DNA of 61,842 nt, taken from the IMG/VR virus record IMGVR_UViG_3300009466_000202, positions 1 through 61,842 of that record. One strand, given 5' to 3'. Numbering within the stretch: the first letter of the stretch is position 1; every line of letters begins with the position of its first letter. Of this stretch, positions 48,657 to 57,059 are shown piece by piece. The notes below the pieces were generated by a model. That model had not been told where the DNA came from. It searched no databases and worked only from the letters and a program-made list of their open reading frames with translations. The translations under genes and the position numbers were made by a program. The DNA is from a virus (Duplodnaviria; Caudoviricetes).

Positions 48657-49050
48657 TCTCACCATCCTCTGATACTTCTATTTCTATTGTCCTACCCGGA
48701 TATCTCTTTGCGATTTCAACATAGAGATCGTCTGAAATCATCTCACAGCTCTTGAAATCCAACTGTAGAGTCTTTTCTGTGTACAACTTCTCCATCCATC
48801 TCTTGAACTGTATAAATTCTATGTCTCGATCGTCGTGGAACACTTCTATGGCCACTCGGAAGTGGAATATGTGTCTGTGCGGATAGCCCAGGAATGACAC
48901 ATCGTATTCGTCTCCTGTTGCCAGTTTGGGATCTGTCAGTGCGGCAGGGTATTTGTGTATGCCTTCCTTGCGAAAGGTCACCCAAATCATTTTAGATCCT
49001 TGTTTTGCTCTTTCTATTAATGCTTGTTGGTGTTGGTGCTCAATGTCCAT
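48625..49050 (-). CDS. QueD-like T-fold protein, DpdL-type (putative CDG decarboxylase)
   Basis: EGIH, LGYPHRHIF (LxxxHRHxF instead of QueD CxxxHGH), IEF, SCE and VSEDGENG. Confidence 0.7.
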   Translation of the reverse strand: MDIEHQHQQALIERAKQGSKMIWVTFRKEGIHKYPAALTDPKLATGDEYDVSFLGYPHRHIFHFRVAIEVFHDDRDIEFIQFKRWMEKLYTEKTLQLDFKSCEMISDDLYVEIAKRYPGRTIEIEVSEDGENGSKAKYERS

Positions 49051-49601
49051 GATGCTTCCTTTTCTTCTTTGCTTGGTCCTGTTTGATGTAATGGTTCGTC
49101 ATTTCTATAATCTTCCCATTTTGTAAATCCTGCTTGTTCTTTGAATTTAGACATTGTGCTGGTCCATACTCCTGGATTGGATTTGTTAAAATCAATGTCG
49201 TCTATTTTAAAACACAGTTGAGTGTCTTCTTCTATATTGGGGAATATTATAGAACAGAACGGTATAAACTTTGGATGACTCCACACTGTGGAAAACTTTT
49301 GTTTTACTTCTTTGTGCAGATTGTACGGATAGTCCACAGTAACATAGTAACCATCTGATAAAAATTTGTGTATCTGTGCTAGTTGTAAACCATGATTGTG
49401 CATATATGTTCTGTTAGCACCAAAATATATGGCTTCACAATCGTTTAATACAACTAGTTCTAGTATTTGATCTGTGGTTAAATCATTACGAGCAAGGAAC
49501 AGTGTTTTTTTGCCATATGCTTGAGTGTGTTCAATTTCTAATCCAACGAACGTTTTAACTTCGTCTTCTGCAAAAAAACCGTTTTTGTAAAATCGTTCCA
49601 T
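49017..49601 (-). CDS. Hypothetical protein heading the DpdL-like/glycosyltransferase operon
   Basis: 194-aa ORF (FVGLEIEHT..YGKKTLF, IYFGAN, KIDD..F..SNPGVW) with its own promoter. Confidence 0.65.
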   Translation of the reverse strand: MERFYKNGFFAEDEVKTFVGLEIEHTQAYGKKTLFLARNDLTTDQILELVVLNDCEAIYFGANRTYMHNHGLQLAQIHKFLSDGYYVTVDYPYNLHKEVKQKFSTVWSHPKFIPFCSIIFPNIEEDTQLCFKIDDIDFNKSNPGVWTSTMSKFKEQAGFTKWEDYRNDEPLHQTGPSKEEKEASWTLSTNTNKH

Positions 49602-49607
49602 AATATT

Positions 49608-49635
49608 ATTTTAACACTTTTTTATAACTTGTCAA
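49608..49635 (-). promoter_or_regulatory. Sigma70-like promoter TTGACA-16-TAAAAT (leaderless)
   Basis: Extended -10; ATG 49601 lies 6 nt downstream. Confidence 0.65.
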
Positions 49636-49829
49636 ATTCCTAAAGCCTGTTTCAGTTGCATTATTTTGGTTTTAGCATCTAATTTTAACTTCTTCATTTT
49701 AACTAATAATGCCTTACCATCCCAACTCCTGTCGTGTGCTCTTTCCTGTTCCATTTCCTCTACTTTATTTTTGTAGTAGGTATGTTCTTTCTCTAATTTT
49801 TTTAGACTTTTGCTTTTTGTTTTTGCCAT
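49632..49829 (-). CDS. Small coiled-coil protein (DUF465-like)
   Basis: GGAGG RBS; LEKEH...MKKLKLDAK pattern. Confidence 0.55.
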   Translation of the reverse strand: MAKTKSKSLKKLEKEHTYYKNKVEEMEQERAHDRSWDGKALLVKMKKLKLDAKTKIMQLKQALGI

Positions 49830-49837
49830 TTTTCCTC

Positions 49838-51280
49838 CTATTCAAATAAACTGCTGAAATTATTTTTGCCCTTGCCGCCCCCGGTTGCTCTCTGCCATCG
49901 TGTTCCTCTAATGTCTGCTAGGAAACTAGTTGCAGAATCTATTAGTTCCATGGGTTTCTCACTGGTAAACACCTCTTTTACAAAAGTGTTGAAATATAAT
50001 ATATTTCTAGGAACAAATACACTAGGTTCATCGGTGTTGTCGGAATCTTTGGTCTTCCTCCAATGTTTAACTTGTGGTTGATGCTTTATCATTTCTATAT
50101 CATTTAAATCATTGGCTAGATGTGTTGCCTTGATGTGATTATATACGTTGTGTGCCATCATTAACACATAAGAAAACGAATCCCAAGCAGTTTTGCCTTC
50201 CTTATTATTCTTGTTCAAATCTCCTTCACCATACCAGCATACGTCTCCCATAGTGAGCCTGTCTCCGATCACGCTAGAGAAAGGAAAAGGAATAGTGGAA
50301 CCTTTGAGTCTCTTGTCATCTGGAGCCTTTTCCATAATATAACTCCATCTCTTAGGTGTGAACAGATTGTGTGTATAAACTAAACCATTGGCTGTACTTA
50401 AGAATGCCGAGGCCGAATCAAAACTAATTGTAAAGTTTTCATTCACGTGTTCTCTTACCTGTCTCTGCACCTGTGTTAAGAAACACGCCCAATCTAATTG
50501 AGATGTGCCTAATACGTGCATCCAATTTTTTCCATCTAGTTTCTTCTCATCTCTCATTATGATCAATCTACGCAACATTACTTCCATATCGCACATATTA
50601 ATTCCACCCATCGCCCATCCTTCGAATTCAAAATCTTTCACAGCATCATACCAAATCTGTGCTGTCTCCCAGTCGTCACCTTGTAACACATTAAGAAACT
50701 TGGTTTGTCCTAATCTGTTCTTTTGGAAGAATTGGTTGTTGTATATTGTGCCATTCAATGTGTCTTTAAAACTTTTGAGTCCTGTCTTGGGACTATTTAG
50801 ATCATCCGCCGCCCACGTGGGAACATCTAATGTCATTGCCCAGTCCGATGTTAATTCTAACCAATTAAGTATATCTGATCTAACTTTATTTGCTTTGTTA
50901 CCTTCAAAATCCTGCCAATCAAAATTGATAACGCCTTTGCCTATCTGATAACCACCGGAATCACCAATGATAGTGGAAAACTTTCTATCTCTGTTCACGC
51001 ACATACTATCTCGATCGGGTGCTTTTTCTAGATCTAGGCAGGCATGGCCCGCTGAATATAATGCTGTGGGATATGTGAAATAACCCTCTTCAGGATTCAG
51101 GAAGTTTAATCCTTCCACTCCGTTTTCAAAACCTTTGGGTATCCTGTCCTCTGAGATGTGAGCACCTTCTGTGACCCTTTGTTTGCTTATGAAAGTGTTA
51201 TAGAAATTTGAAATAGCAGGCAAGAACACCGCGTAGTCTCTTTGAGTGTTACCTAGATGTTCTCGCCTTTTATTCGTCAT
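49838..51280 (-). CDS. dpdA: DpdA-like DNA-guanine transglycosylase (TGT superfamily)
   Basis: GDSGGYQ, MTLDVP, LNVLQG, GWAMGG, HVLG and SFDSAS are TGT-fold motifs; clustered with folE/queE and directly after the sliding clamp. Confidence 0.8.
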   Translation of the reverse strand: MTNKRREHLGNTQRDYAVFLPAISNFYNTFISKQRVTEGAHISEDRIPKGFENGVEGLNFLNPEEGYFTYPTALYSAGHACLDLEKAPDRDSMCVNRDRKFSTIIGDSGGYQIGKGVINFDWQDFEGNKANKVRSDILNWLELTSDWAMTLDVPTWAADDLNSPKTGLKSFKDTLNGTIYNNQFFQKNRLGQTKFLNVLQGDDWETAQIWYDAVKDFEFEGWAMGGINMCDMEVMLRRLIIMRDEKKLDGKNWMHVLGTSQLDWACFLTQVQRQVREHVNENFTISFDSASAFLSTANGLVYTHNLFTPKRWSYIMEKAPDDKRLKGSTIPFPFSSVIGDRLTMGDVCWYGEGDLNKNNKEGKTAWDSFSYVLMMAHNVYNHIKATHLANDLNDIEMIKHQPQVKHWRKTKDSDNTDEPSVFVPRNILYFNTFVKEVFTSEKPMELIDSATSFLADIRGTRWQRATGGGKGKNNFSSLFE

Positions 51281-52017
51281 TATTGCGCCTGTGCTGGGAT
51301 TATATAGTTGTACTCTCCCTGCCCGGAATCGACAGTTATCTGCATAGCACCTTCGTTAGAAAACTTCAGTGTCACTTTTGCCGAGTCGGAAAGTTTAAGT
51401 ATCTGTAGCACCTGTGCCACTGGCCAAGCCCAACCTTTGTTGATCGTGCCTGTTACACCCGTGGCAAATATGAACTCACCACCATGCGATGCCTGATCAC
51501 CAAATGTGAAAATTAAGTTTCCATCCTCGGTTCTCACAACAAAGGTGTTGTGCTCTGTGTTTGCTACTGTTTGGAAGTTGAATCTTTGCACACCCGCCAC
51601 TGTTGGCTCGATCTCAACGTCCCATTTGACACCCTTGAATTTGACTGTCTTGAGCTTCTCGTTGATGATCTCGGCATTCATGAATCTGTAATCATTTTTA
51701 AAATCACCCTTTTCGTTTTCGAAATGGATGCCTGTAGGAACGGTAGCACCATTCCTTTCGCCAGTGGTTACAGTAATGTTTGCCTTATCTTTATATTCGG
51801 GACATTTTAAATGTATGTCCAACTTGTTCAGTTGTGGCATACCAAAGGTGCCCTTCATATCAGTGTGTGGCTTGTGGAAAGATCCCTGCAGGATTACTGA
51901 TCTGTCTTCTGCCATCGAATCGATAGTAGTTTCAGTATCTGTGCCTGTTATCTTAACTAGGTCTAAGAATCCCAGACCGTGCGTGTGTTTGACTATGTCT
52001 TGTAAGATATCTTTCAT
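51280..52017 (-). CDS. Putative DNA polymerase sliding clamp (gp45-like)
   Basis: 245 aa, beta-rich, ends EGAMQITVDSGQGEYNYIIPA; close to the DNA polymerase gene. Confidence 0.6.
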   Translation of the reverse strand: MKDILQDIVKHTHGLGFLDLVKITGTDTETTIDSMAEDRSVILQGSFHKPHTDMKGTFGMPQLNKLDIHLKCPEYKDKANITVTTGERNGATVPTGIHFENEKGDFKNDYRFMNAEIINEKLKTVKFKGVKWDVEIEPTVAGVQRFNFQTVANTEHNTFVVRTEDGNLIFTFGDQASHGGEFIFATGVTGTINKGWAWPVAQVLQILKLSDSAKVTLKFSNEGAMQITVDSGQGEYNYIIPAQAQ

Positions 52018-52024
52018 AATATGT

Positions 52025-52053
52025 ATTATAAAAGATATTTAGATTTAAATCAA
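52025..52053 (-). promoter_or_regulatory. Sigma70-like promoter TTGATT-17-TATAAT (leaderless) with CTAAATA in the spacer
   Basis: ATG 52017 lies 7 nt downstream of the -10. Confidence 0.6.
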
Positions 52054-52062
52054 CCTTGAAAA

Positions 52063-52878
52063 TTATTTTTCTGCAGGTATCTCAAATGACTGGTAGAGTA
52101 CAGGATTCTCATTACCAGGTTTTTGAAATATAGCATAATTGGCTCCTGGTTTGAACTGATCCATTTCCAAAATCTTATAACCAGTTTCGTCAATGATTTT
52201 TTTCATTAATGATTTAGTATTATAATTCCAGTAACCTCTTTTTGATTCTTTTAAATCATAATCATATTCACAATTACAGTAATGAATAAAAACATAACCT
52301 CCTGGTAATATAACTCTGTTTATATCACTTAGGTATTCTTTAATGTGCTCTTGAGTAAAAAATGTAAAAGTGTCCCAACTGAAGACAAAATTTACAGCAT
52401 TATCTGGTATGTCCGGACAAGCGGTTCTATCGGTAGTATAAAATCTTATGTATTTGTGTTGTGCAGGATGGAATAATTTAAAAATTTTACTTTTAAACCA
52501 TGGCATTATATCTAAAAAATAATTTAATTTCCAAGCAAGGAAACATCTAGAAAATCTTCCATATCCTGGACCTATTTCTAAAGAATTAAAAAGTGGAGAT
52601 TGAGATCCCATTTTATTAAATTGTCCAATCTTACCAAATATTTTATCATAAAGTAATTGATCATATTGATCTTTTCTTTCATGTCTCCAATCCATGTCTT
52701 TGGCGTACCATTCTTTGGTTTTATCTAAACGATTTATTTCATGCTGATTTTTTATATCCACGGACTCTGCTAAACTTTTTAAAGTTGTAAGGCTATCGTC
52801 TATGATTTTTTTAAAATCGGATTCTTTGGCTTTCTCTAATTTTTCAATTAGTAATTTTATTTCTTCAATTGATAGCAT
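52063..52878 (-). CDS. Class I SAM-dependent methyltransferase
   Basis: LEIGPGYG, FLDI, FVFSWDTF and RVILPGG. Confidence 0.75.
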   Translation of the reverse strand: MLSIEEIKLLIEKLEKAKESDFKKIIDDSLTTLKSLAESVDIKNQHEINRLDKTKEWYAKDMDWRHERKDQYDQLLYDKIFGKIGQFNKMGSQSPLFNSLEIGPGYGRFSRCFLAWKLNYFLDIMPWFKSKIFKLFHPAQHKYIRFYTTDRTACPDIPDNAVNFVFSWDTFTFFTQEHIKEYLSDINRVILPGGYVFIHYCNCEYDYDLKESKRGYWNYNTKSLMKKIIDETGYKILEMDQFKPGANYAIFQKPGNENPVLYQSFEIPAEK

Positions 52879-55538
52879 TAAAATTCAAATAATTTATTAA
52901 AAGTATTAGTAGTTTCAGTAGATTGTATATCCCATTCCAAAACTCCTATAAGATTACTTATCTTTTGATCTACTATGGTTTCCTCCATTGCTTCCGCATC
53001 AAATGGTAATTCTTGGAACCATTGCGGAATACGCAATTCGTCGACAGGATATGCAATAGATGTATATCCAAGCGGATTATTTTTTAATTTACACACAATC
53101 ACTTTAGCACCATCAGTGATAGTCATGGAGTATCTATCACCATACATATCTCTACAGGTGTTCCAGTTAATACTTGCTCTTACGTGACCAGGCATATTAG
53201 TTTTACCTTTGGCTTTTTCCTTTTCCCAATACTCTGTGACGTTGTTTGCTCTTTTGGGAGATCCTTTCTCCCAACCCGGTCTCGCTTTGAATTCTGCCCT
53301 AAACTCTTTGATCCTGTCTAACACTTCTTGTTCAGTTTTATTTGTAAGTACCATCATTAGTAATTCAGATAAAAAATCTTGTACAAACACAGGAGTATCG
53401 GATCTTTTGAGATCGAGTCCCATGGCCTTCATCTTGCCTGGCTTACCTGCTATATCTACTCTTTCGCCTTCTTTATCAAAGTAAAGCACTGCGTATCTTT
53501 TCTTTGTAATGAACAATCCTTTGGAAGCCACAATCTCTCGACCACCTTTGATCACTTCTCCTCGTGTCTTTGGACAATGGAAGGCCTTTGTCATGAATGA
53601 TGTAAATGAAACATTAACTTCCTCTGCTATACGATCGTATAATTCCACAACGTTTTCTTTCTCCCAGGGTATTTTACCTGCTTCGATTTCTTTTTGTAGA
53701 GGTTTGTAAGCAGAAAAATACACAGAGTCTGTGTCGCCGTATATTATAGCATCGCCCCTGTGATCGTATTGTCCTGTTATGATCTCGTTTGTCTTTGCGG
53801 CCATGTGTTTAGTGATACATCTCCCAGTCAGTGTTACAGACTGTCCAATCCTCATATCAAAAAATCTGCAACCTGGATTCAAAATAGCACCATACAGGGA
53901 ATTTAAATTAATTTTTTTAACTAACTGTCTCTTATCCCAAAATTCTCTTTCAATTTCATTATCATTGCATTCTTGCATTTTTTTCTGCATCTCTTTTCTT
54001 TCAGCATACCAACGTTTTAGAAGTCCTGGAATAATTGCTTCATATTCGTAGGTAAAGATTGTACCATTGGCCGACAGCATCCATTGATTGTTGCCGTCAA
54101 AAATAATATCGTACAATTGAGCCGCAGACATTTTAACGGATGTACCATCTTCCCAATCTACAATAATCTCTGTTCCTCTGTCCTGTCGCATCACTGCTTG
54201 ATATTCCCAACTACCAAATTGATTGTCCCAGGCCTGAGCAAACGATTTCTTTTGATGTTTGGCTCTATTGACTTCTGCGGATGTTATTACTGGACGACAT
54301 TGTCCTACTATACTTTCTGGACCCATATTGAGAGCACGAATCACAGACGGATACAGTGAATTAATATCTATAGATCCAATCCAATCGTGTAAGCCTTTTT
54401 TAGGCGTGGCCACATAAGCACCCGCCGCCGCAACGTTCTCACCTTCTTCTCGTTTAATTCTACCTGGCACAATCATACCACGTCTGTGTGCTTCGTTTAC
54501 AATAGCCTGTTCTGTAACTGCTACAGCACCCATTGTAGTTTGTAGCAACACTGTGTTTTGGTGTGCGATCTCGTTAGCCAATTCAATAAATTTTAATTTC
54601 TTTTCTAATTTGGCCAGCAGTGCGGTGTCCTGTCTGTTGTATTCAATGAATAATCCAAAGTCGTTGTTGTAGAGAGCATCCAGTGATCCCTCATACACGG
54701 TCTTTTTCTCGTCTAACTCATATTCTCCTATGGCATCTAATCTATAACTGTGCCTTTCCTCATAGGTGTATTTTCTGTAAAGTTCTAATAGATCCAAATG
54801 TACCCTACCAATCAAATCATAACTGATCTGTTCCCGACCGTATTTTTCGTATGTTCTCTTCTTGGGCTTCTCACCCCAAAAGCACAATCGTCGTGTGTCA
54901 TCCGAACTCAACACTTTCTGTATCCTGCCCACTGTGTAGGGTATATCGTATCCTTCTGAGTTCCATCCTGACAGTATGTCGGCATCTTCGATCAGTGTGA
55001 GGAAAGCGTCCAGCATATCTTTTTCTCTTTCGAACAACATCACGTTGTCAAAACGTTCTGTGGCCATTCGTGCTGAACCCATATTCATACCACGCGGAGG
55101 AACAGCAAAAGTTACCAGTTGATCTGTCCAACTGAGATAACAAGTTATTGCTGTGATGGGCATAAATGGATCATCGGTGGTAGAATATCCACGTTCCGGA
55201 TCAAAGTCTACCTCGATGTCAAAGAACACCACATTGAGTTTAGGGGCGTCCTTGCCGAGATAATTCTCTTCCAGGCAACGGAACACAGGATTGATGTCCT
55301 GCTCGTATAATTTTTTATTTGATCTTATTTTTTGCTCTCGTATAAAATCTTTAAACGTAGCAGTTTGAACTTTTTGTAGTTTTTCACCAAATATACTTCT
55401 GTGTTTGCCGCGAGCATCTGGATAATAAAATATATAACGAGCATCATATTCCACGAACTTACGCTCGCCTTTGCTGTTTCTTTCCACGACATAGACTCGA
55501 TCTTCGTCTCTTTTATAGTAAGCGTCTATATAACTCAT
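52878..55538 (-). CDS. Family B DNA polymerase (gp43-like)
   Basis: Exonuclease motifs FDIEVD, GWNSEGYDIPY, YNRQD; polymerase motifs DINSLYPS, KINLNSLYG, YGDTDS and KKRY. Confidence 0.96.
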   Translation of the reverse strand: MSYIDAYYKRDEDRVYVVERNSKGERKFVEYDARYIFYYPDARGKHRSIFGEKLQKVQTATFKDFIREQKIRSNKKLYEQDINPVFRCLEENYLGKDAPKLNVVFFDIEVDFDPERGYSTTDDPFMPITAITCYLSWTDQLVTFAVPPRGMNMGSARMATERFDNVMLFEREKDMLDAFLTLIEDADILSGWNSEGYDIPYTVGRIQKVLSSDDTRRLCFWGEKPKKRTYEKYGREQISYDLIGRVHLDLLELYRKYTYEERHSYRLDAIGEYELDEKKTVYEGSLDALYNNDFGLFIEYNRQDTALLAKLEKKLKFIELANEIAHQNTVLLQTTMGAVAVTEQAIVNEAHRRGMIVPGRIKREEGENVAAAGAYVATPKKGLHDWIGSIDINSLYPSVIRALNMGPESIVGQCRPVITSAEVNRAKHQKKSFAQAWDNQFGSWEYQAVMRQDRGTEIIVDWEDGTSVKMSAAQLYDIIFDGNNQWMLSANGTIFTYEYEAIIPGLLKRWYAERKEMQKKMQECNDNEIEREFWDKRQLVKKINLNSLYGAILNPGCRFFDMRIGQSVTLTGRCITKHMAAKTNEIITGQYDHRGDAIIYGDTDSVYFSAYKPLQKEIEAGKIPWEKENVVELYDRIAEEVNVSFTSFMTKAFHCPKTRGEVIKGGREIVASKGLFITKKRYAVLYFDKEGERVDIAGKPGKMKAMGLDLKRSDTPVFVQDFLSELLMMVLTNKTEQEVLDRIKEFRAEFKARPGWEKGSPKRANNVTEYWEKEKAKGKTNMPGHVRASINWNTCRDMYGDRYSMTITDGAKVIVCKLKNNPLGYTSIAYPVDELRIPQWFQELPFDAEAMEETIVDQKISNLIGVLEWDIQSTETTNTFNKLFEF

Positions 55539-55816
55539 TCAAAAAATACTTTAAAATTTCCTATTATGTTCATTATAGTAAACCATGAAGCAAGAACACA
55601 AGTCCAAATAATACGCCTCCTGAAACTAGCATAGGCCAACGTGATGGATCCCATTAGGTATAAAGGAAACACCAATATCATGTTGGGATGGGGTGATGTG
55701 AACGTGAGAATGCAAGAACCAGAGACAGTCACCGCAACAGAAAATATTTCAAGATAAAATGCTAATTTGTCTGTTTGATAACTGTTTACCCAAAATTCTT
55801 TGAGTAACTTTATCAC
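55535..55816 (-). CDS. Small membrane protein
   Basis: 93 aa with about three hydrophobic segments. Confidence 0.65.
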   Translation of the reverse strand: MIKLLKEFWVNSYQTDKLAFYLEIFSVAVTVSGSCILTFTSPHPNMILVFPLYLMGSITLAYASFRRRIIWTCVLASWFTIMNIIGNFKVFFE

Positions 55817-56073
55817 TAAATTTTACCCGCCGCCGCCAATATCGAATCTAATAGATCCATATCATCTGACACAGACTTGTAATTGTCCTTGTGTGCAACA
55901 GTTATGGCCTTGTTCAACATACCAGGTTTTAATTCTAATTCCTCCGACACTGCTTTAACAGTGTCTTTTAATCCCGATCTTAAATCGTCAATTTCTCCTA
56001 GTACTTGTGAACCTTCTCTGATCAATTGTATCAGTTTTTGTTTTTCTGCTTCATTAAAGTTTCTGCCTGACAT
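55816..56073 (-). CDS. T4 DsbA-like dsDNA-binding protein
   Basis: Start refined to MSGRNF (AAGGAG RBS). LIQLIREGS...LKDTVKAVSEELELKPGMLNKAITVAHKDN resembles T4 DsbA as recalled. Confidence 0.65.
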   Translation of the reverse strand: MSGRNFNEAEKQKLIQLIREGSQVLGEIDDLRSGLKDTVKAVSEELELKPGMLNKAITVAHKDNYKSVSDDMDLLDSILAAAGKI

Positions 56074-56109
56074 CTTGTTCTCCTTGTTTATATGTATTAT
56101 ACAATAAAA

Positions 56110-56142
56110 AAAGGGTAAGAGCAATCTTTACTCTTACCCTTT
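56110..56142 (-). terminator. Rho-independent terminator overlapping a TTGCTC-17-TATAAT promoter
   Basis: 12-bp perfect stem AAAGGGTAAGAG/CTCTTACCCTTT followed by a T-run on the minus strand, just after the stop at 56155. Confidence 0.75.
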
Positions 56143-56154
56143 GTAAAAAATAAA

Positions 56155-56988
56155 TTATTTCCAATAAAGATTATAAGAATCGTTAATAAATTTTTTAATG
56201 TTGTCGATATCCTGAGTTGAAATATCATTGGTTTTTACATCACTATAGGCCGCCGTGTTTAAAAACTCTTTGAACTCATCTTTAACTACCGCTTGCCTTA
56301 ACTCTGCAATAAATTTAGGATCATTGCTGTTTGTATAAAACACTTTAACTATGGGCATATTTGATATTCTGATCTTTTTGAAATGATTACCTATAAAATT
56401 TGCTTCACGGAAATCTGTTGTGTAATCACATCGAATTAGGCCATTTGCTTCGGCCGGACCCGCCACACCTGATGCCACATATCCATAATCTATGTCATTG
56501 GCTACCAGTGCCTTCAATACACCCTTACTGCCACCGTATGGTACACCTTTCACTTTTATTCCCTCGGAGTTCCAGTCTGCTATCACTCCCTTGCTGAGAA
56601 TAACAGATGCCATTCCCATGGTGCTGGCCTTAAAAATATTATTAGTATTTGAAGCATTGGTGCAGACTTTTAGATAGGACTTACCAATAAAGATTGTTTT
56701 TTCTGCTTTTGCATTCAATGGACATTTCAACCCCTTGCTCAATGCCGCAATACCCACATCGGCATTGTACACCATGACAGCATCGGTTGTGTTATTAAAT
56801 TTTCGATCTGCTTGTTCACAATGATTTGCTTGATAAAAGTTTATTGATTTATCGTTTATTGTTTCTTCAAATTTTTTTGCTACAATAGTGCCTGGAGATG
56901 CTTTGTTGCTATGATTAACGATTGTTCTAGACTGTACGGAAGAGATCAAGAAAGTTAAAAACAACAATGATAATAGTATTTTTTTCAT
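56155..56988 (-). CDS. TctC/Bug-like periplasmic substrate-binding protein
   Basis: Signal peptide MKKILLSLLFL; VPYGGSKGVLKALVANDID resembles the Bug motif VPYxGxxxAxxxLxxGxxD; adjacent to a TctA-like gene. Confidence 0.65.
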   Translation of the reverse strand: MKKILLSLLFLTFLISSVQSRTIVNHSNKASPGTIVAKKFEETINDKSINFYQANHCEQADRKFNNTTDAVMVYNADVGIAALSKGLKCPLNAKAEKTIFIGKSYLKVCTNASNTNNIFKASTMGMASVILSKGVIADWNSEGIKVKGVPYGGSKGVLKALVANDIDYGYVASGVAGPAEANGLIRCDYTTDFREANFIGNHFKKIRISNMPIVKVFYTNSNDPKFIAELRQAVVKDEFKEFLNTAAYSDVKTNDISTQDIDNIKKFINDSYNLYWK

Positions 56989-57059
56989 TTTTTTTCCTTC
57001 TTTTTTGTTAGTTTATTTTATTTTATCATATTTTTTATACTGTTGTCAATAAAATGGTT

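Noticed and set aside
49838-51280. A host-type tRNA-guanine transglycosylase (tgt)
   Set aside because: It lacks the CxCxxC zinc motif of bacterial Tgt and lies next to the clamp and polymerase with folE/queE, which favours a DNA-acting DpdA. tRNA activity is not formally excluded.
52878-55538. Intein, intron or split in the DNA polymerase
   Set aside because: Continuous 886-aa ORF with normally spaced motifs.
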